The notes beneath the pieces are model-generated. The model worked only from the letters and a program-made list of their open reading frames with translations. It did not search any database and had not been told where the DNA came from. From the IMG/VR virus record IMGVR_UViG_3300035696_000013, positions 32,001 to 96,000 of that record: a DNA stretch of 64,000 nucleotides. One strand, given 5' to 3'. A program made the position numbers and the translations under genes. The stretch comes from a virus. Each line of letters starts with the position of its first letter. Within the stretch, counting starts at the first letter, position 1. Positions 1-10,714 of the stretch are shown here, in pieces.

Positions 1-1205
1 CCTACCACCGGGGACCAAGCTGATGGTCCTGTTTGGTTATTTCCTACTAACGAACTATTGTAGTTCTGATTGTAAAACCAAACGGTTGCATTGTTCTTAA
101 AGAGCAAAACAAATTCTACAAATGCATCCTGTGCAGCCACACGGAATGAACTAGGAAGTTGATTGGTTTGATTCTGCACCGTTTGAGTAAAAACACTAGG
201 ACTTGTGTCAAGGACATTACCCGCTGCGTCAAAGGTGGGCTGAGAGACATCTGTATTAGACGTATGCTGAAAACCACTGGTCACTAAATCGATTAAATCT
301 TGAGTAACCCCCGATACACTCATAAAATCCGTGATTCCTAACTGATTCATCATGACCCCGGTGGTACCTTGTCCAGTAATCAAATCAGCTTGCATTCCCC
401 ACAGGGTAAGATGAAAACCAGTTCGGGAAGTTGTCTTGAAATAGATATGCTTCATAGCAATGTTGAAGTTCTTGAGCGAAGCTTCAAGTTGCAATTCTAT
501 TGGTATACCGGATCTTCCTTCAGTTGACAATAGGAAGGGTCCTCGATTGTCGTTCAAGATAACATTGAATGCAACAGGAGTTATCTTGCTACGAGCCGGA
601 CGATTGCCGACAACTAATCCTTGATCTTCAAACCAAGGCTGTTCATTCAGTCCTTGAAGAATGACAACATCAGGAGCTAGAGCAGAATATTGCGCGTTGC
701 TAATGTCCTGATTATCCAAAGGCTGAACAGAGGCATCGGGTCTGCTAAGAGGATCTTGGATTGCCGTGTTAGAACCACTGACAGCAGGATTTGGCTGAGT
801 TGAATTAACAGGTAACTGACCTCCCTGTATTTGCGCCACAGTATCAGCAACAGTTGTATCCGGCGTTACTCCCAGAGTCTTTGAAACATTGTTAGCCCAA
901 TTTGGATCGCTGTTAGCATAGTGTGCTCCCACTTCGGACCAAGTCATACTCGGATTGTACAAAGTGTTCGATCCACCCGTTGTAATCAAGCCTACTTGAT
1001 GTTGAAGAGCCGCCCAACCAGCATCAGCCGAAGGAAAGATTATAACTCCCCGGCTATCTGTAGTGAAATTCGAGGCGGAACTAGGAGTTGGTTTTATGTC
1101 CCCTGGATTGTTATTGACTGTAGGAGCCGCATTAGGCACACCGTAACCTTCTGCTACAGCAATGGCATTTGAAATTGTGAGAATTGCATCCTGTTGGTCA
1201 GGCAT
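1..1205 (-). CDS. Partial virion/baseplate-region protein: N-terminal lysozyme-like motif plus tail-tube-initiator-like domain (runs off the window edge)
   Basis: Not in the ORF track. ATG at 1205 opens a frame (MPDQQDAILTISNAIAVAEGYG...NNNPGDIK...SRTGFHLTLWGMQADLITGQGTTG...) with no stop seen before position 1; directly downstream of the tape-measure-like gene. Confidence 0.6.
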   Translation of the reverse strand, partial: MPDQQDAILTISNAIAVAEGYGVPNAAPTVNNNPGDIKPTPSSASNFTTDSRGVIIFPSADAGWAALQHQVGLITTGGSNTLYNPSMTWSEVGAHYANSDPNWANNVSKTLGVTPDTTVADTVAQIQGGQLPVNSTQPNPAVSGSNTAIQDPLSRPDASVQPLDNQDISNAQYSALAPDVVILQGLNEQPWFEDQGLVVGNRPARSKITPVAFNVILNDNRGPFLLSTEGRSGIPIELQLEASLKNFNIAMKHIYFKTTSRTGFHLTLWGMQADLITGQGTTGVMMNQLGITDFMSVSGVTQDLIDLVTSGFQHTSNTDVSQPTFDAAGNVLDTSPSVFTQTVQNQTNQLPSSFRVAAQDAFVEFVLLFKNNATVWFYNQNYNSSLVGNNQTGPSAWSPVV

Positions 1206-1208
1206 ATC

Positions 1209-4200
1209 TTATCTCTCCTGTCCAACTGAACTTGTAACCGTTCGACCGTCTAATGTAGTAATTGCGGGTCGTCCTTCACCAGGAGCTTGATTTGTCGCTG
1301 CTGGCGGAATTGCTTGCGAGCTAATGTGAGCACCAATATTTGTGGTATTCACATTTGTAATGGTTGTAGAACCAGGAAATTGCTTAGCACTTGCCAGTAA
1401 ATCTTCACCCGACATACTAAAATTCTTTATGGCATCAGAAGCATCCCCTTGAGTTTCTGCTGCTTTAGCCATATTTACAAATGCCATATCAGCTGCCTTT
1501 GCAAGTACTGGAGCATTGGCTAGAATACTATCAGCATTTATAACTTCCTCTTTTGTGGTTATGCCTTGAACACTAGTAGCACGTCGTTGAGTTTCTACCA
1601 ACTCATTCATGGTGTAGCCCAACCCCGTTTGACGATTTATTTCTTGAGTTTTCTCCATCTGCAATTTATTGTATTGAGCTGGATCTGTATCCTTCATGGT
1701 AGGATTATCATCCAACTGTCGCTGTATATCTCGCAAACGATTCTTTGACTCGTCTTTCAATTCGTCTATGTGCTGCGTTAATTTATCAAAAGCATCACCT
1801 TGATACTCTTGACGAACTCGTTCTGTTTCGGTACCAGAAATTCTGTTGCCAAATCTTTGACTCAAAAAGTCATAAATGGCTCCCAATGGAGCCGAAATTG
1901 TGTTGAAGAGATTATCAAAAGCATCAGCAAAAATCTCAGCTAACGGACGAGTTGCTGTAGCAACATCCTCAGCTTTTCGATCTTGATCCTGTCTATCTTG
2001 AATGCTGAGTTGATCTCGAGCGACTTCGTCAGCACCAGTTTCTGTCTTCAAAATATCTTCAAGAATATCTTCTGATCCTGCCAGACGAGCCGTTAATTTA
2101 TCAAATAATTTTGGCTGCTCTTTAAACAACTTCTGAATACGAGCACGATCTGTTTGTGCTCCACGCATTGCTTCGGGAGCACCTTGAATACCCGCTGCTA
2201 GAGTCACCAATCGGGAATAAGTTTTATCGTCTTTCAATGCTCCTGTAGCAGCCATTCCTGTGGTGGCTTGAGCTTGAGCTTGGAATACACGTTGCAGCTT
2301 TTGGAAAACCATCGGATCTGATTGCAATAATTCAGTGATCTTTACGAGAGCGGGATTTGTTAGGTCAACTTTACCTGTTGCTAATTGACCAACCGTTCCA
2401 GCCCCAGCAAGTTTTAAACTGTCTCGAATGAATTGAAATTGTTCAAAAGTGCTTTGTGTAAGATTACGACCCAATGTGGCTTGTCCTGCAGCATAAGCAA
2501 GACCTGCTTCTCCAAAGCGGCCTTGCCCAGCAAGAGATTGTACTCTCTTAGCAGCATCCAATCGAGCCATTTCTTGATCCAACTGATTTAATGCGCCAAG
2601 TGCTGCCTGACGTTCAACAGGAGTTCCATTTTGTGTACGAGCTAAATGAGCACGAGCGGCTGCGATGTCTTCACGATTATTTATAGTGCCTAAATCCAAT
2701 CCTTGAATAGCACTAAATGCTTCTTGAGCACGTTGTTTTGCTATACCAACATTCTGTTGCTGTAGTTCAACCTGCTCTCCACCACGACCTTGCTGAGCGG
2801 CTCTCATTCCGAGGAAAGTCTGAATTTCAAAACTGCGCTTTTGCCCTGCATTTGTAAGTGCAGAAAGAGCTTCACGAACATCCTCAGAAGATTGTACGCC
2901 TGTACGTCCCAGTACACGCATAATGTTGGTGGTCTGTTCTAGCGATTGGCCCATGCGGTCAAATTGCTTATTGAGTTCATCAATGATGCCGATGTACTTG
3001 GTAGTTGTAATGCCTGCTCGGATTGTATCACGATTGATATGTTGGAAAAAATCTTGAACACCAGTAAAAGATTCATGATACTGCTGAAGAACTTTCATGA
3101 TTTCTTTGGTGGCCGCGCCTTCATCCAAGAAACCAGCTAATTTGGCACCATGATAAGCTATATTCTTCACCATGCCAATTCCAGTTGCTTCTCCCGGTCT
3201 TACTCCAGTAGCAAGTTCAGGAAGATTGACACCGCCTTCTTTGATTGCTTCGGCGATTTTTAAGTTACGTTTGAAGGTTTCTCCTGTTAAGTTGAAACCC
3301 CAATTTTCCGATCCAAGAGCTTTACGAACGCTGAAAAGATTGGTTGCTCCCGAACCTGCTCCGCCAAAGATTCCTGCTTCTCCTAATTGTTCAGCAATAT
3401 CGCGGTTAGCTTTAGCATTGGCATCAATGAATTTCTCAAGCAATTCACCAATAGCAAACATAGGAGCCAGTTGAGCCACTCCTCCCATTACATTGCTCAT
3501 CATTCCTGCTTCGCCACCAGCCGCTAAACCACCAACTCCTTTTATAACCGACCCTTGACCCATTTCCATAGCTCGAGCGAGGAAAGTCGGTTTTGCTCCC
3601 GCAGGAGTCTCCACCATCTGTTTGAGAGCACGCTGGCCTAAATATCGATCCAGTAATCCGCCACCCCCGGCACCTTCTGCTAATTCGCGAGCCATGCCTT
3701 TAAAGTAAGCGGGTTTGAACTGCTTTATACGAACATCTCGTGTTCCGCCCATTAAACCCGCTCGTCGAGCCGAAGCAATGGTGTGAGCTTTCATCATTTC
3801 CATCTTTTGTTGTAATCCTGCTCGACCCTCATCTTTACGAGCCATCCGCAAACGATCAATACGGGAAGCAACTTCTCCATACTTAGCGTATTTCTCGAGC
3901 AATCCTGAACGACCCATTGCTTCATTCATCTGCAGCATTTCTTTAGTGAGAGGCTTAATGTGGACGTTGTTGAACAACTTCCGCATGTTATCAACTTCTT
4001 TGCTTGCTGTACGGAGATTTTTGCTCAACTGATCTATGAGATTGGGATCTATGGAATCTTCCATAGTTCGTCCCATACTGGCCATGTTAGTTTCTAGGTT
4101 CTTAACACCACGGGAGGTATGGTCAATCATACCTTGAATAGCTTTTTGTTCTTGCTTATCGAAGAAGCCTTTCTGAAGCAGTTGCTTTTGAGTATCAACA

Positions 4201-4550
4201 AGCTCTTCTAAATGAGCTTTCAATTCACGATAATTTTTTGCTTTAAAAATTCCTGAATCACCAAATTGACGACTAAGAGCGACTAATCGGGTAAAGGAGT
4301 CTTCATAGTCTTCAGTGTACTGAATAATGCTCTTCAACTTTGTTTGCCATTCAGTCAAATCAGTGCTGATAAGCCGACCTTCTTCAGCAATCTTAGAAAG
4401 AATTTCCACCTGCTTACCCAAATTAGCAAGTGTGTCGGATAACCCCTGATTCACAGCTGCGGGATTAGGCGGAGTTCCTGTTCCTGTCTGACCAAAGGTG
4501 GTAGTACCTTGAGTGGTTACTGGATTATTTCCTTGTGTACCATCTGGCAT
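1209..4550 (-). CDS. Tail tape measure-like protein
   Basis: 1113 aa, helical, rich in A/G/Q; downstream of chaperone-like genes. Confidence 0.65.
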   Translation of the reverse strand: MPDGTQGNNPVTTQGTTTFGQTGTGTPPNPAAVNQGLSDTLANLGKQVEILSKIAEEGRLISTDLTEWQTKLKSIIQYTEDYEDSFTRLVALSRQFGDSGIFKAKNYRELKAHLEELVDTQKQLLQKGFFDKQEQKAIQGMIDHTSRGVKNLETNMASMGRTMEDSIDPNLIDQLSKNLRTASKEVDNMRKLFNNVHIKPLTKEMLQMNEAMGRSGLLEKYAKYGEVASRIDRLRMARKDEGRAGLQQKMEMMKAHTIASARRAGLMGGTRDVRIKQFKPAYFKGMARELAEGAGGGGLLDRYLGQRALKQMVETPAGAKPTFLARAMEMGQGSVIKGVGGLAAGGEAGMMSNVMGGVAQLAPMFAIGELLEKFIDANAKANRDIAEQLGEAGIFGGAGSGATNLFSVRKALGSENWGFNLTGETFKRNLKIAEAIKEGGVNLPELATGVRPGEATGIGMVKNIAYHGAKLAGFLDEGAATKEIMKVLQQYHESFTGVQDFFQHINRDTIRAGITTTKYIGIIDELNKQFDRMGQSLEQTTNIMRVLGRTGVQSSEDVREALSALTNAGQKRSFEIQTFLGMRAAQQGRGGEQVELQQQNVGIAKQRAQEAFSAIQGLDLGTINNREDIAAARAHLARTQNGTPVERQAALGALNQLDQEMARLDAAKRVQSLAGQGRFGEAGLAYAAGQATLGRNLTQSTFEQFQFIRDSLKLAGAGTVGQLATGKVDLTNPALVKITELLQSDPMVFQKLQRVFQAQAQATTGMAATGALKDDKTYSRLVTLAAGIQGAPEAMRGAQTDRARIQKLFKEQPKLFDKLTARLAGSEDILEDILKTETGADEVARDQLSIQDRQDQDRKAEDVATATRPLAEIFADAFDNLFNTISAPLGAIYDFLSQRFGNRISGTETERVRQEYQGDAFDKLTQHIDELKDESKNRLRDIQRQLDDNPTMKDTDPAQYNKLQMEKTQEINRQTGLGYTMNELVETQRRATSVQGITTKEEVINADSILANAPVLAKAADMAFVNMAKAAETQGDASDAIKNFSMSGEDLLASAKQFPGSTTITNVNTTNIGAHISSQAIPPAATNQAPGEGRPAITTLDGRTVTSSVGQER

Positions 4551-4554
4551 CTAG

Positions 4555-5190
4555 TTAACTTGTAGTCTCCTTAACCGGGGCTGCAGCTGTTCCTTCAGCT
4601 TCAGGATTATCTTCTATTTTCAAAGCACTTAGATTCTCTTGAATGATTTCTCTGGCCTGTGCTTCAATATCTTGCAGTGCTAAATCAATGAATCGCTTTT
4701 CTACTTCTGTCATCACAGCTGAATCGGGAAAAGCATTCTTCAAACGATCTTCAATGCGTTGACTATGAACCATGAACACTTTCCACATCACATTCATGAC
4801 TTCTAATCCCCAAGTCAAAATGACATTGCGAAGTGCAGGTTGCCACATAGTTTGTTGACCAGTAGTAGGATCAATCACCATTCTTTTTTCAGGTGGCAGG
4901 TTCTTTAGATTAACACCGTCAATCCAAGAGATAGAACGAGACAGCACTTCTGCTTTGACCCGTTGCAACCAAGCGTAACCTTTGACATCATCCAATGCAA
5001 GTAGAGATTCTAGCTCTGCTTCTGTTGGAATATTGGAGATTCTAAGCCGATGCTGTCGACCTCCAGCTTTGATTGTGAGGATTTCTTCGTTCTCTTCGAT
5101 ACCAAATCCACGAAGTCCAGCTATGACTTCGTCTAAAGATTTTGGAGTTTCCTCAATTGGAGAAACTTCTACTTGTTTGTTCTCTTCCAT
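4555..5190 (-). CDS. Putative tail assembly chaperone
   Basis: 211 aa acidic protein just upstream of the tape measure gene; AGGAG RBS. Confidence 0.45.
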   Translation of the reverse strand: MEENKQVEVSPIEETPKSLDEVIAGLRGFGIEENEEILTIKAGGRQHRLRISNIPTEAELESLLALDDVKGYAWLQRVKAEVLSRSISWIDGVNLKNLPPEKRMVIDPTTGQQTMWQPALRNVILTWGLEVMNVMWKVFMVHSQRIEDRLKNAFPDSAVMTEVEKRFIDLALQDIEAQAREIIQENLSALKIEDNPEAEGTAAAPVKETTS

Positions 5191-5238
5191 AAAATGCTCC
5201 TTGTGAATGTAATGCTACAACCGTTGAAACCAAATTCG

Positions 5239-6375
5239 TTATCTGTAACGTTGAATCTTCTTTCCTGGAGATTCAAATACTTCCCGCTCTGCTACAGCTG
5301 GAGGTAATGGACGACCTTTCTTCAGATTTTGTTCACGCTGTTTAACTTCAGCATCTGTGAGGATCTTCATAGATTCAGTAAAGACCCCTGGTCCGCCGCG
5401 TCTCTCTAACATTGTATCGAATTCTCGTTTGCGAGCTTCAGCCGCTTCTTTTTGTTGCTGATAGAATCTCTCCATGAGTTTTTCATGCTTATCAGTGCCT
5501 TCTATCATGCCGCGCATTTCTCGTTGCAAACCTTCTCTAGAGTCATCTTGCATAGAATGACCCCAACCATCTTCTAAATTGATTTCTCTGTCAATACGAA
5601 TCACTTGTTCCCAAGGTTCAGAAGAATCCACCTGCATAGAACGCTGCGCTGCTTTCAATTCGTTACGAACGGGATCTGCATTCTTACCCGCCCAAGGTTG
5701 GATAATCAACAAGGCGTTAAAATTTGCATCCAATCTTAACTTAGAAGCTTCACGATAATTGCACAAAGTAGCCCAAAGTCGAGCATGATCGGGAGGAGTC
5801 AAAATCTTCATGATTTGCCCGTCTGGGAATTTTATCTCCCGATTTTCATAAGAGGCTAACTGTGTACCCCGACTGTACCAAAGGTTTTCAGATGAGGAAG
5901 TGGAAGTATACGCTGAAAGATACGGATAGAGAGACAAATCAAATTCACTCATTTTAGTCACAAGCTGCACTAAACGACGAGTCTCTATTCCTGAAAAATC
6001 TTCAACTTCATCCGGTTTAAAAGTTGTACAAACAGAGAGCACTGCTTTGATGAAATCATTAGTGTCAAATATCCATCGCGATAGCAGTTTTCGTTCAGAA
6101 ATATGAAGTCCTCGAACCCAACCCAGTTGCTTGCCATCTACTATGAGAGGACGAATCCGAGCACCTTGTTCAATAATTTCCTCACAATTTTGAGTGATTT
6201 TGTAACGGACTTCTTTGATTTGATCTGAAGTGGCTTTCTGCGCAAGACCATCGTTTATCTTGCGCATTAGGTCTATGCCTGAGATCCCCAAAGTATTGTT
6301 GCCTCGATTACTATATGGTTTTACTAAACGTGCTCCCGCGCCAAATACTGTTGGGTTTGTTTTATCATTCGGCAT
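5239..6375 (-). CDS. Hypothetical protein (tail module)
   Basis: 378 aa ORF, co-oriented, overlaps its neighbour. Confidence 0.6.
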   Translation of the reverse strand: MPNDKTNPTVFGAGARLVKPYSNRGNNTLGISGIDLMRKINDGLAQKATSDQIKEVRYKITQNCEEIIEQGARIRPLIVDGKQLGWVRGLHISERKLLSRWIFDTNDFIKAVLSVCTTFKPDEVEDFSGIETRRLVQLVTKMSEFDLSLYPYLSAYTSTSSSENLWYSRGTQLASYENREIKFPDGQIMKILTPPDHARLWATLCNYREASKLRLDANFNALLIIQPWAGKNADPVRNELKAAQRSMQVDSSEPWEQVIRIDREINLEDGWGHSMQDDSREGLQREMRGMIEGTDKHEKLMERFYQQQKEAAEARKREFDTMLERRGGPGVFTESMKILTDAEVKQREQNLKKGRPLPPAVAEREVFESPGKKIQRYR

Positions 6376-6847
6376 GGTTTGCAGGTACCTTTACTGCACC
6401 ACGTAGCTTTGAGGCGTCGGCAATTTGGTGACTGATTTCTGTTGCTTCTTTGATTTCTTTTTCAGAGAATCTGCTGGATAAAACTTGTTGAGCTTGCTCA
6501 GCTATTTTATCACGTTCTTCTTCATCTATGTCCAATTGCATCTTGTATTTAGCAGGTTCAGGAGCCTTAAAGAGAGCAGCTGTAGTGAAATTTCTGTTAG
6601 AACGAAGTTGTCCTTTGTAAATTCGAAACACACGAGAAGCGATGGCTGTAGGCAGAGCACTTATTACGCGAGTTGCTTCAGCTAACGATTCAATTTTTAG
6701 GCCGGATACTTCTACCAGAGCGTAAGCTAGATAGATCCTTGTTTGGTCCTTATTTTTAGGAAATTTTATGGCAAATTCTTCTTCCCATTTTAGCCGTTTG
6801 AATCGAAAGACATAATTTAAGAGTTTGACTTCAACTTGCTGTTCCAT
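6365..6847 (-). CDS. Hypothetical protein (tail module)
   Basis: ORF starting MEQQVEV; overlaps next gene. Confidence 0.55.
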   Translation of the reverse strand: MEQQVEVKLLNYVFRFKRLKWEEEFAIKFPKNKDQTRIYLAYALVEVSGLKIESLAEATRVISALPTAIASRVFRIYKGQLRSNRNFTTAALFKAPEPAKYKMQLDIDEEERDKIAEQAQQVLSSRFSEKEIKEATEISHQIADASKLRGAVKVPANHAE

Positions 6848-6905
6848 ACACCTTTCGCTAGAAAGCGTAACCACCAGAGTTCACTATCATTCGGTATTAG
6901 ACAAC

Positions 6906-7181
6906 ATGAGACATGAACTTAAGATTACGCACCAAGACTTTAGCGACATCATCAATCAGATTAAAACTTATATGATCCAAAAGGATCAAGGATTCAAAGT
7001 AAGGGATAAACTTCACCTTCAAGAATGGAATTTTACAGCGGGGCATCCAACAAATCGTCATTGCATCGTCGTAATCACACATATCAGTAAAGGAGAGGGA
7101 GATCTCTATCTCACTAAAGATACAGTAGTAATGGCTATTAGATTGGCGAAATGGGCTTACGACGGCTCAAGACTTAGCTAG
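6906..7181 (+). CDS. Hypothetical protein, probably leaderless
   Basis: ATG 6 nt after GTATTA motif. Confidence 0.5.
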   Translation: MRHELKITHQDFSDIINQIKTYMIQKDQGFKVRDKLHLQEWNFTAGHPTNRHCIVVITHISKGEGDLYLTKDTVVMAIRLAKWAYDGSRLS

Positions 7182-7814
7182 TCTTTCGGTTCTTTCAATC
7201 TCTTCCATCATCAGAGCAATTTCCGCTTTCACTTGTTTTGAACATTCTATAGGCGTAAGATGTTCGTAGAGACAAACAAAACGAACAGGCTTCCGTTTAT
7301 AGTTCTGTTTGGCAGCTGCCCAAACATTTGCTGCCCGTTCACGAAAAGCTAGCATATTCTGATAAGTCTTTTCACCAAGAGTAGTCTTACCATTTGCCTC
7401 TCGTCGCTGTACAAGCCGTCTTAGATTCTCTTCCAAGGAAAGATCCAAATAGACATACACGGCAGCAATTTCTCGCGGGTTAGATTGAATCCAATCTACA
7501 TCCCACTTCTTGCTTGAACGTACTGGATCTGTTATCACAAATTGAACTTCTTTTTGATCTAAGAGCCAATTAATGATTTTGGCTCTTGCTTCCATATTTT
7601 GGATGGCATCCGAACTATTTTTGATGTTTCCTGCAATAGCAGAACCATTGGGGAATAGAGTATACTTAGCCTTTTCAATTCGTTGTTCTCCTAAGTGCTG
7701 ATCTAAACATTGAAAAGTCTTAATGTACTCAACTCCTCCAACACCACAAAGTTGCCGTGTAAGAGTAGATTTTCCGGAGGCTCCAGAGCCAAGAATTATG
7801 ATTAAAACTTTCAT
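7167..7814 (-). CDS. P-loop nucleotide kinase of the type found in DNA-hypermodification clusters
   Basis: Walker A GSGASGKST; RR lid motif; context with amino acid:DNA transferase. Confidence 0.7.
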   Translation of the reverse strand: MKVLIIILGSGASGKSTLTRQLCGVGGVEYIKTFQCLDQHLGEQRIEKAKYTLFPNGSAIAGNIKNSSDAIQNMEARAKIINWLLDQKEVQFVITDPVRSSKKWDVDWIQSNPREIAAVYVYLDLSLEENLRRLVQRREANGKTTLGEKTYQNMLAFRERAANVWAAAKQNYKRKPVRFVCLYEHLTPIECSKQVKAEIALMMEEIERTERLAKS

Positions 7815-7816
7815 TT

Positions 7817-8592
7817 TTATCTAATACCTAGTTTTTCACGACTAATTGCCTGCAATCTTTTTTGTGCTAAGATTGTGTATTCTGCCCTGTTATCATTCAA
7901 TAAAAAATCGCGTTTTAATTTCAAAGCCGCGACACCAGTAGTGCCACTTCCACAAAAAGGATCTACGATGAGATCGTTAAAATTAGTTGATGCCCGTAAA
8001 CATCGTTCTACTAAAGCCAAAGGTTTCTGAGTAGGATGTTTTCCTTCTAGCTTCTCTCCTTTCCCAGGAGACAGAAATCTCCAAACATTCTTCATCTGTT
8101 TTCCTTCGTTTTCCTGTTTCATATCTTCATAATTGAAAGAATAACTCTCTTTTCCTGGACGAGCCTTAGTAGCCCAAAAAGAGTCTCTGTAGCATGAGTA
8201 AAAGAACGGCAACCAAGATTAGGAGTAGGATTAGGAACTTCCCAAATTATGTCATTCAAAATGCGAAATCCAAATTCCTGCAAAGCTAAACCCACAGCCG
8301 GGCACACATGATACGTTCCGCTTGCCCAAATAGTACCAGTAGGTTTTAAAATACGGTAGCACTCTTTAATCCAAGAACGATGAAATTCATAGTCTATTTT
8401 CCAGCCTTGGCTTTTATCCCAATCTCCTTTATGAACCTTAGCTCTTTTACCTGCCACACAAGTGAATCCACCATTAGATAAGAAATATGGAGGATCTGTC
8501 CAAACACAATCTACACTATTACTCGCGATGCTTTGTAAAAATACCAGAGCATCCAGAGTAAAGATTCTATGAGTAAAATCAATTTCTATCAT
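7817..8592 (-). pseudogene. Beta-class N6-A/N4-C DNA methyltransferase (DpnA-like), split by a frameshift
   Basis: DPPY in ORF 8119-8592; HPTQKP and DPFCGSGTT in ORF 7817-8212; one extra T in the T5 run (8176-8180) would join the frames as ...HATETLFWATK... Confidence 0.8.
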
Positions 8593-8625
8593 AAACCAAC
8601 AACCCAAGAATTGTAATGAGAGTTT

Positions 8626-8856
8626 TCACTGTTTCTTAAGCCTTTTGATGATTTCATTGATTTCAGTTAATTGATGCTCTGCATGAGAACGCCACGGATG
8701 TTCGTCGTCAAATACTTGAGTACAAGCGCAAGTTACGACTTCTTTTCCATCAATTCTTTGAATACTAATTGCATCGTGTTCGTGCAATTCAAAGATATTG
8801 AGACCTATCTTAACTCCATTCTCAATACCTCCTAGTGCATCGTGCGAATTTTTCAT
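8626..8856 (-). CDS. Hypothetical protein
   Basis: Short ORF with stop/start overlap to upstream gene. Confidence 0.5.
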   Translation of the reverse strand: MKNSHDALGGIENGVKIGLNIFELHEHDAISIQRIDGKEVVTCACTQVFDDEHPWRSHAEHQLTEINEIIKRLKKQ

Positions 8857-9488
8857 AGATCGACAACCCAAGGTTTGTGTACTAATTTGTACGATTCATC
8901 TGACATCGAAGCATTGTAACAAACCGTTCCAAACTTAGTCTCATGTCGTCCGTATCCGCCATGAATATGTCCAAAAACATGTATCTTGGGACGAATTCTG
9001 AGAATGGCCATCAGAAGTTCTCCACAACCCAAATGTTCTGTATTTCCAAGAGAAGAAACCTGATCTAAAACTCCTATCGGCGGTCCATGAGTAATCAAAA
9101 CATCTGTATCAGAAGGAATAGCATCCCAAAAAGGACGAATCGCTGTGCTGCCTCGAATATTAAATGCCCAATCGTTAAACCAAGGAGTAACCGGGCTACC
9201 GTAAAACTTTAGACCTTCAACCGTAACACTTGAATTTTCCAGATAGATAATTCCTCGCCCCAAAGCATTAACAGCATCAAATCGACTTCTTTCAAAAAGC
9301 CAATCGTGATTACCAGCAATGACAATCTTATGTTTATGCGGCAAAGAACGCAGCCAATTACCGACATCTTCAATCTGATAAGTTCTACCCATCATTGTTA
9401 AATCTCCTGCATGGATTAAAATATCTCCATCAGGAATGAAGGGACGACCCAAGCCGTGTGTATCAGAGATGAGAACTAATCTTGGCAT
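8853..9488 (-). CDS. Calcineurin-like metallophosphoesterase
   Basis: SDTH, AGD, GNHD, THGPP, GHIH motifs. Confidence 0.9.
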   Translation of the reverse strand: MPRLVLISDTHGLGRPFIPDGDILIHAGDLTMMGRTYQIEDVGNWLRSLPHKHKIVIAGNHDWLFERSRFDAVNALGRGIIYLENSSVTVEGLKFYGSPVTPWFNDWAFNIRGSTAIRPFWDAIPSDTDVLITHGPPIGVLDQVSSLGNTEHLGCGELLMAILRIRPKIHVFGHIHGGYGRHETKFGTVCYNASMSDESYKLVHKPWVVDL

Positions 9489-9496
9489 ATTGATTT

Positions 9497-10714
9497 CTAA
9501 TACTCGCGAGGACCGTAGTATTTCTCTTGAAAGGCATTCTGAAAAACTGGATCGAATTCTCTCATCATAACAACTTGTCCTGTCTCTCGATAGTGATTTT
9601 GCTTTTCAGGCTTTAAGCCGGGATCGTTAGGGTTATCTTCTAAGCGTAATTGAACAGGTAACACTGCCCGTCGCATCTTCCAAAAGACCGAGAAATCTTC
9701 TTCTGGCCATCGCTGTTCTGCTTTCTTTATGCGTTGATAGAACATGTCGGCATAGACACCAGGATAACGACGATTAGGTCTGTGCCAGCTTTTGTAAGTG
9801 CAGAGTTCCGATTCTAATGTGAAATAAGTCACATCCCAAATGAAGTCTCGACTCTTGAAGCGTTCTTTAGCTTCAGAGAGCAAATTAGCTCCTTCCCTCT
9901 GCAGCCACAGCATCATCTCAGGAGTATATTTGCCTTCAAATCCAGTGTTATTTTCTGGTCCAGTCCAATCTAAATCATCTCGACCTAGAACTTTAGCCAA
10001 TCCATTTCGCAGTGATTTACTTCCCGAAATGTCTTCTAGAAACAAAGAGTTAGGTTCAATGTTGAGCTTGGCAATTCGGAGATACTCCAAGTAACTGAAG
10101 GTAGACATTCGTCCAAAAGAGTAGAAATCCTCTCGTACCTTATCCCACATTTTTTGAAAATTGACTAACGGATCTTCTTCTGTTGCAATTGTGTTAAAGA
10201 ATTCTGTCTGATCATTACCACACAACTCTTTATATTGCAAAACTGATTTTATGAAATCTCGTTTCTGATGTCTACGATCAGTGTCAAATTCCAAGCGTGG
10301 CCATTCTTTATTGTACCAAGCATACAATGCCGGAAGATCAAGCTCAGCGAAATCAGGAAAATGTTTGAAGATAATCCAAGAGGTTAACGGATGTTGTGTA
10401 TTGCCATTGATGAAAATAAACCACAATAGTTGTTCTCTCGACCATCCAAATTCTTTTCGTAAAAAGGGAAAGGTCATATAAGGTAAACTAGCTCCAGCAT
10501 GAATTCTATAACGGAGACAGAATTCGTAGAAACGTAGAAATACCTCACGACGGAATTCAGGCAGACGAAAATCCATTCCCTCTTCGAGATCTTGGATTTC
10601 ATTCAAACCCAGCAATTGACAATAACGACCCGGTGTTGTATGGTCACAGGTAGTTAAAACTTTGTCTAGGCCGATGACTTGTTGCCCGAAAGGGCTGTAA
10701 AAGAGTTTATTCAT
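9497..10714 (-). CDS. Amino acid:DNA transferase (aGPT-PPT2/ADDT-like, HhH-glycosylase superfamily)
   Basis: Motifs DTDRRHQK, FGRMSTFSYLEYL, GSKSLRNGL, LESELCTYKS, RYPGVY. Confidence 0.75.
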   Translation of the reverse strand: MNKLFYSPFGQQVIGLDKVLTTCDHTTPGRYCQLLGLNEIQDLEEGMDFRLPEFRREVFLRFYEFCLRYRIHAGASLPYMTFPFLRKEFGWSREQLLWFIFINGNTQHPLTSWIIFKHFPDFAELDLPALYAWYNKEWPRLEFDTDRRHQKRDFIKSVLQYKELCGNDQTEFFNTIATEEDPLVNFQKMWDKVREDFYSFGRMSTFSYLEYLRIAKLNIEPNSLFLEDISGSKSLRNGLAKVLGRDDLDWTGPENNTGFEGKYTPEMMLWLQREGANLLSEAKERFKSRDFIWDVTYFTLESELCTYKSWHRPNRRYPGVYADMFYQRIKKAEQRWPEEDFSVFWKMRRAVLPVQLRLEDNPNDPGLKPEKQNHYRETGQVVMMREFDPVFQNAFQEKYYGPREY

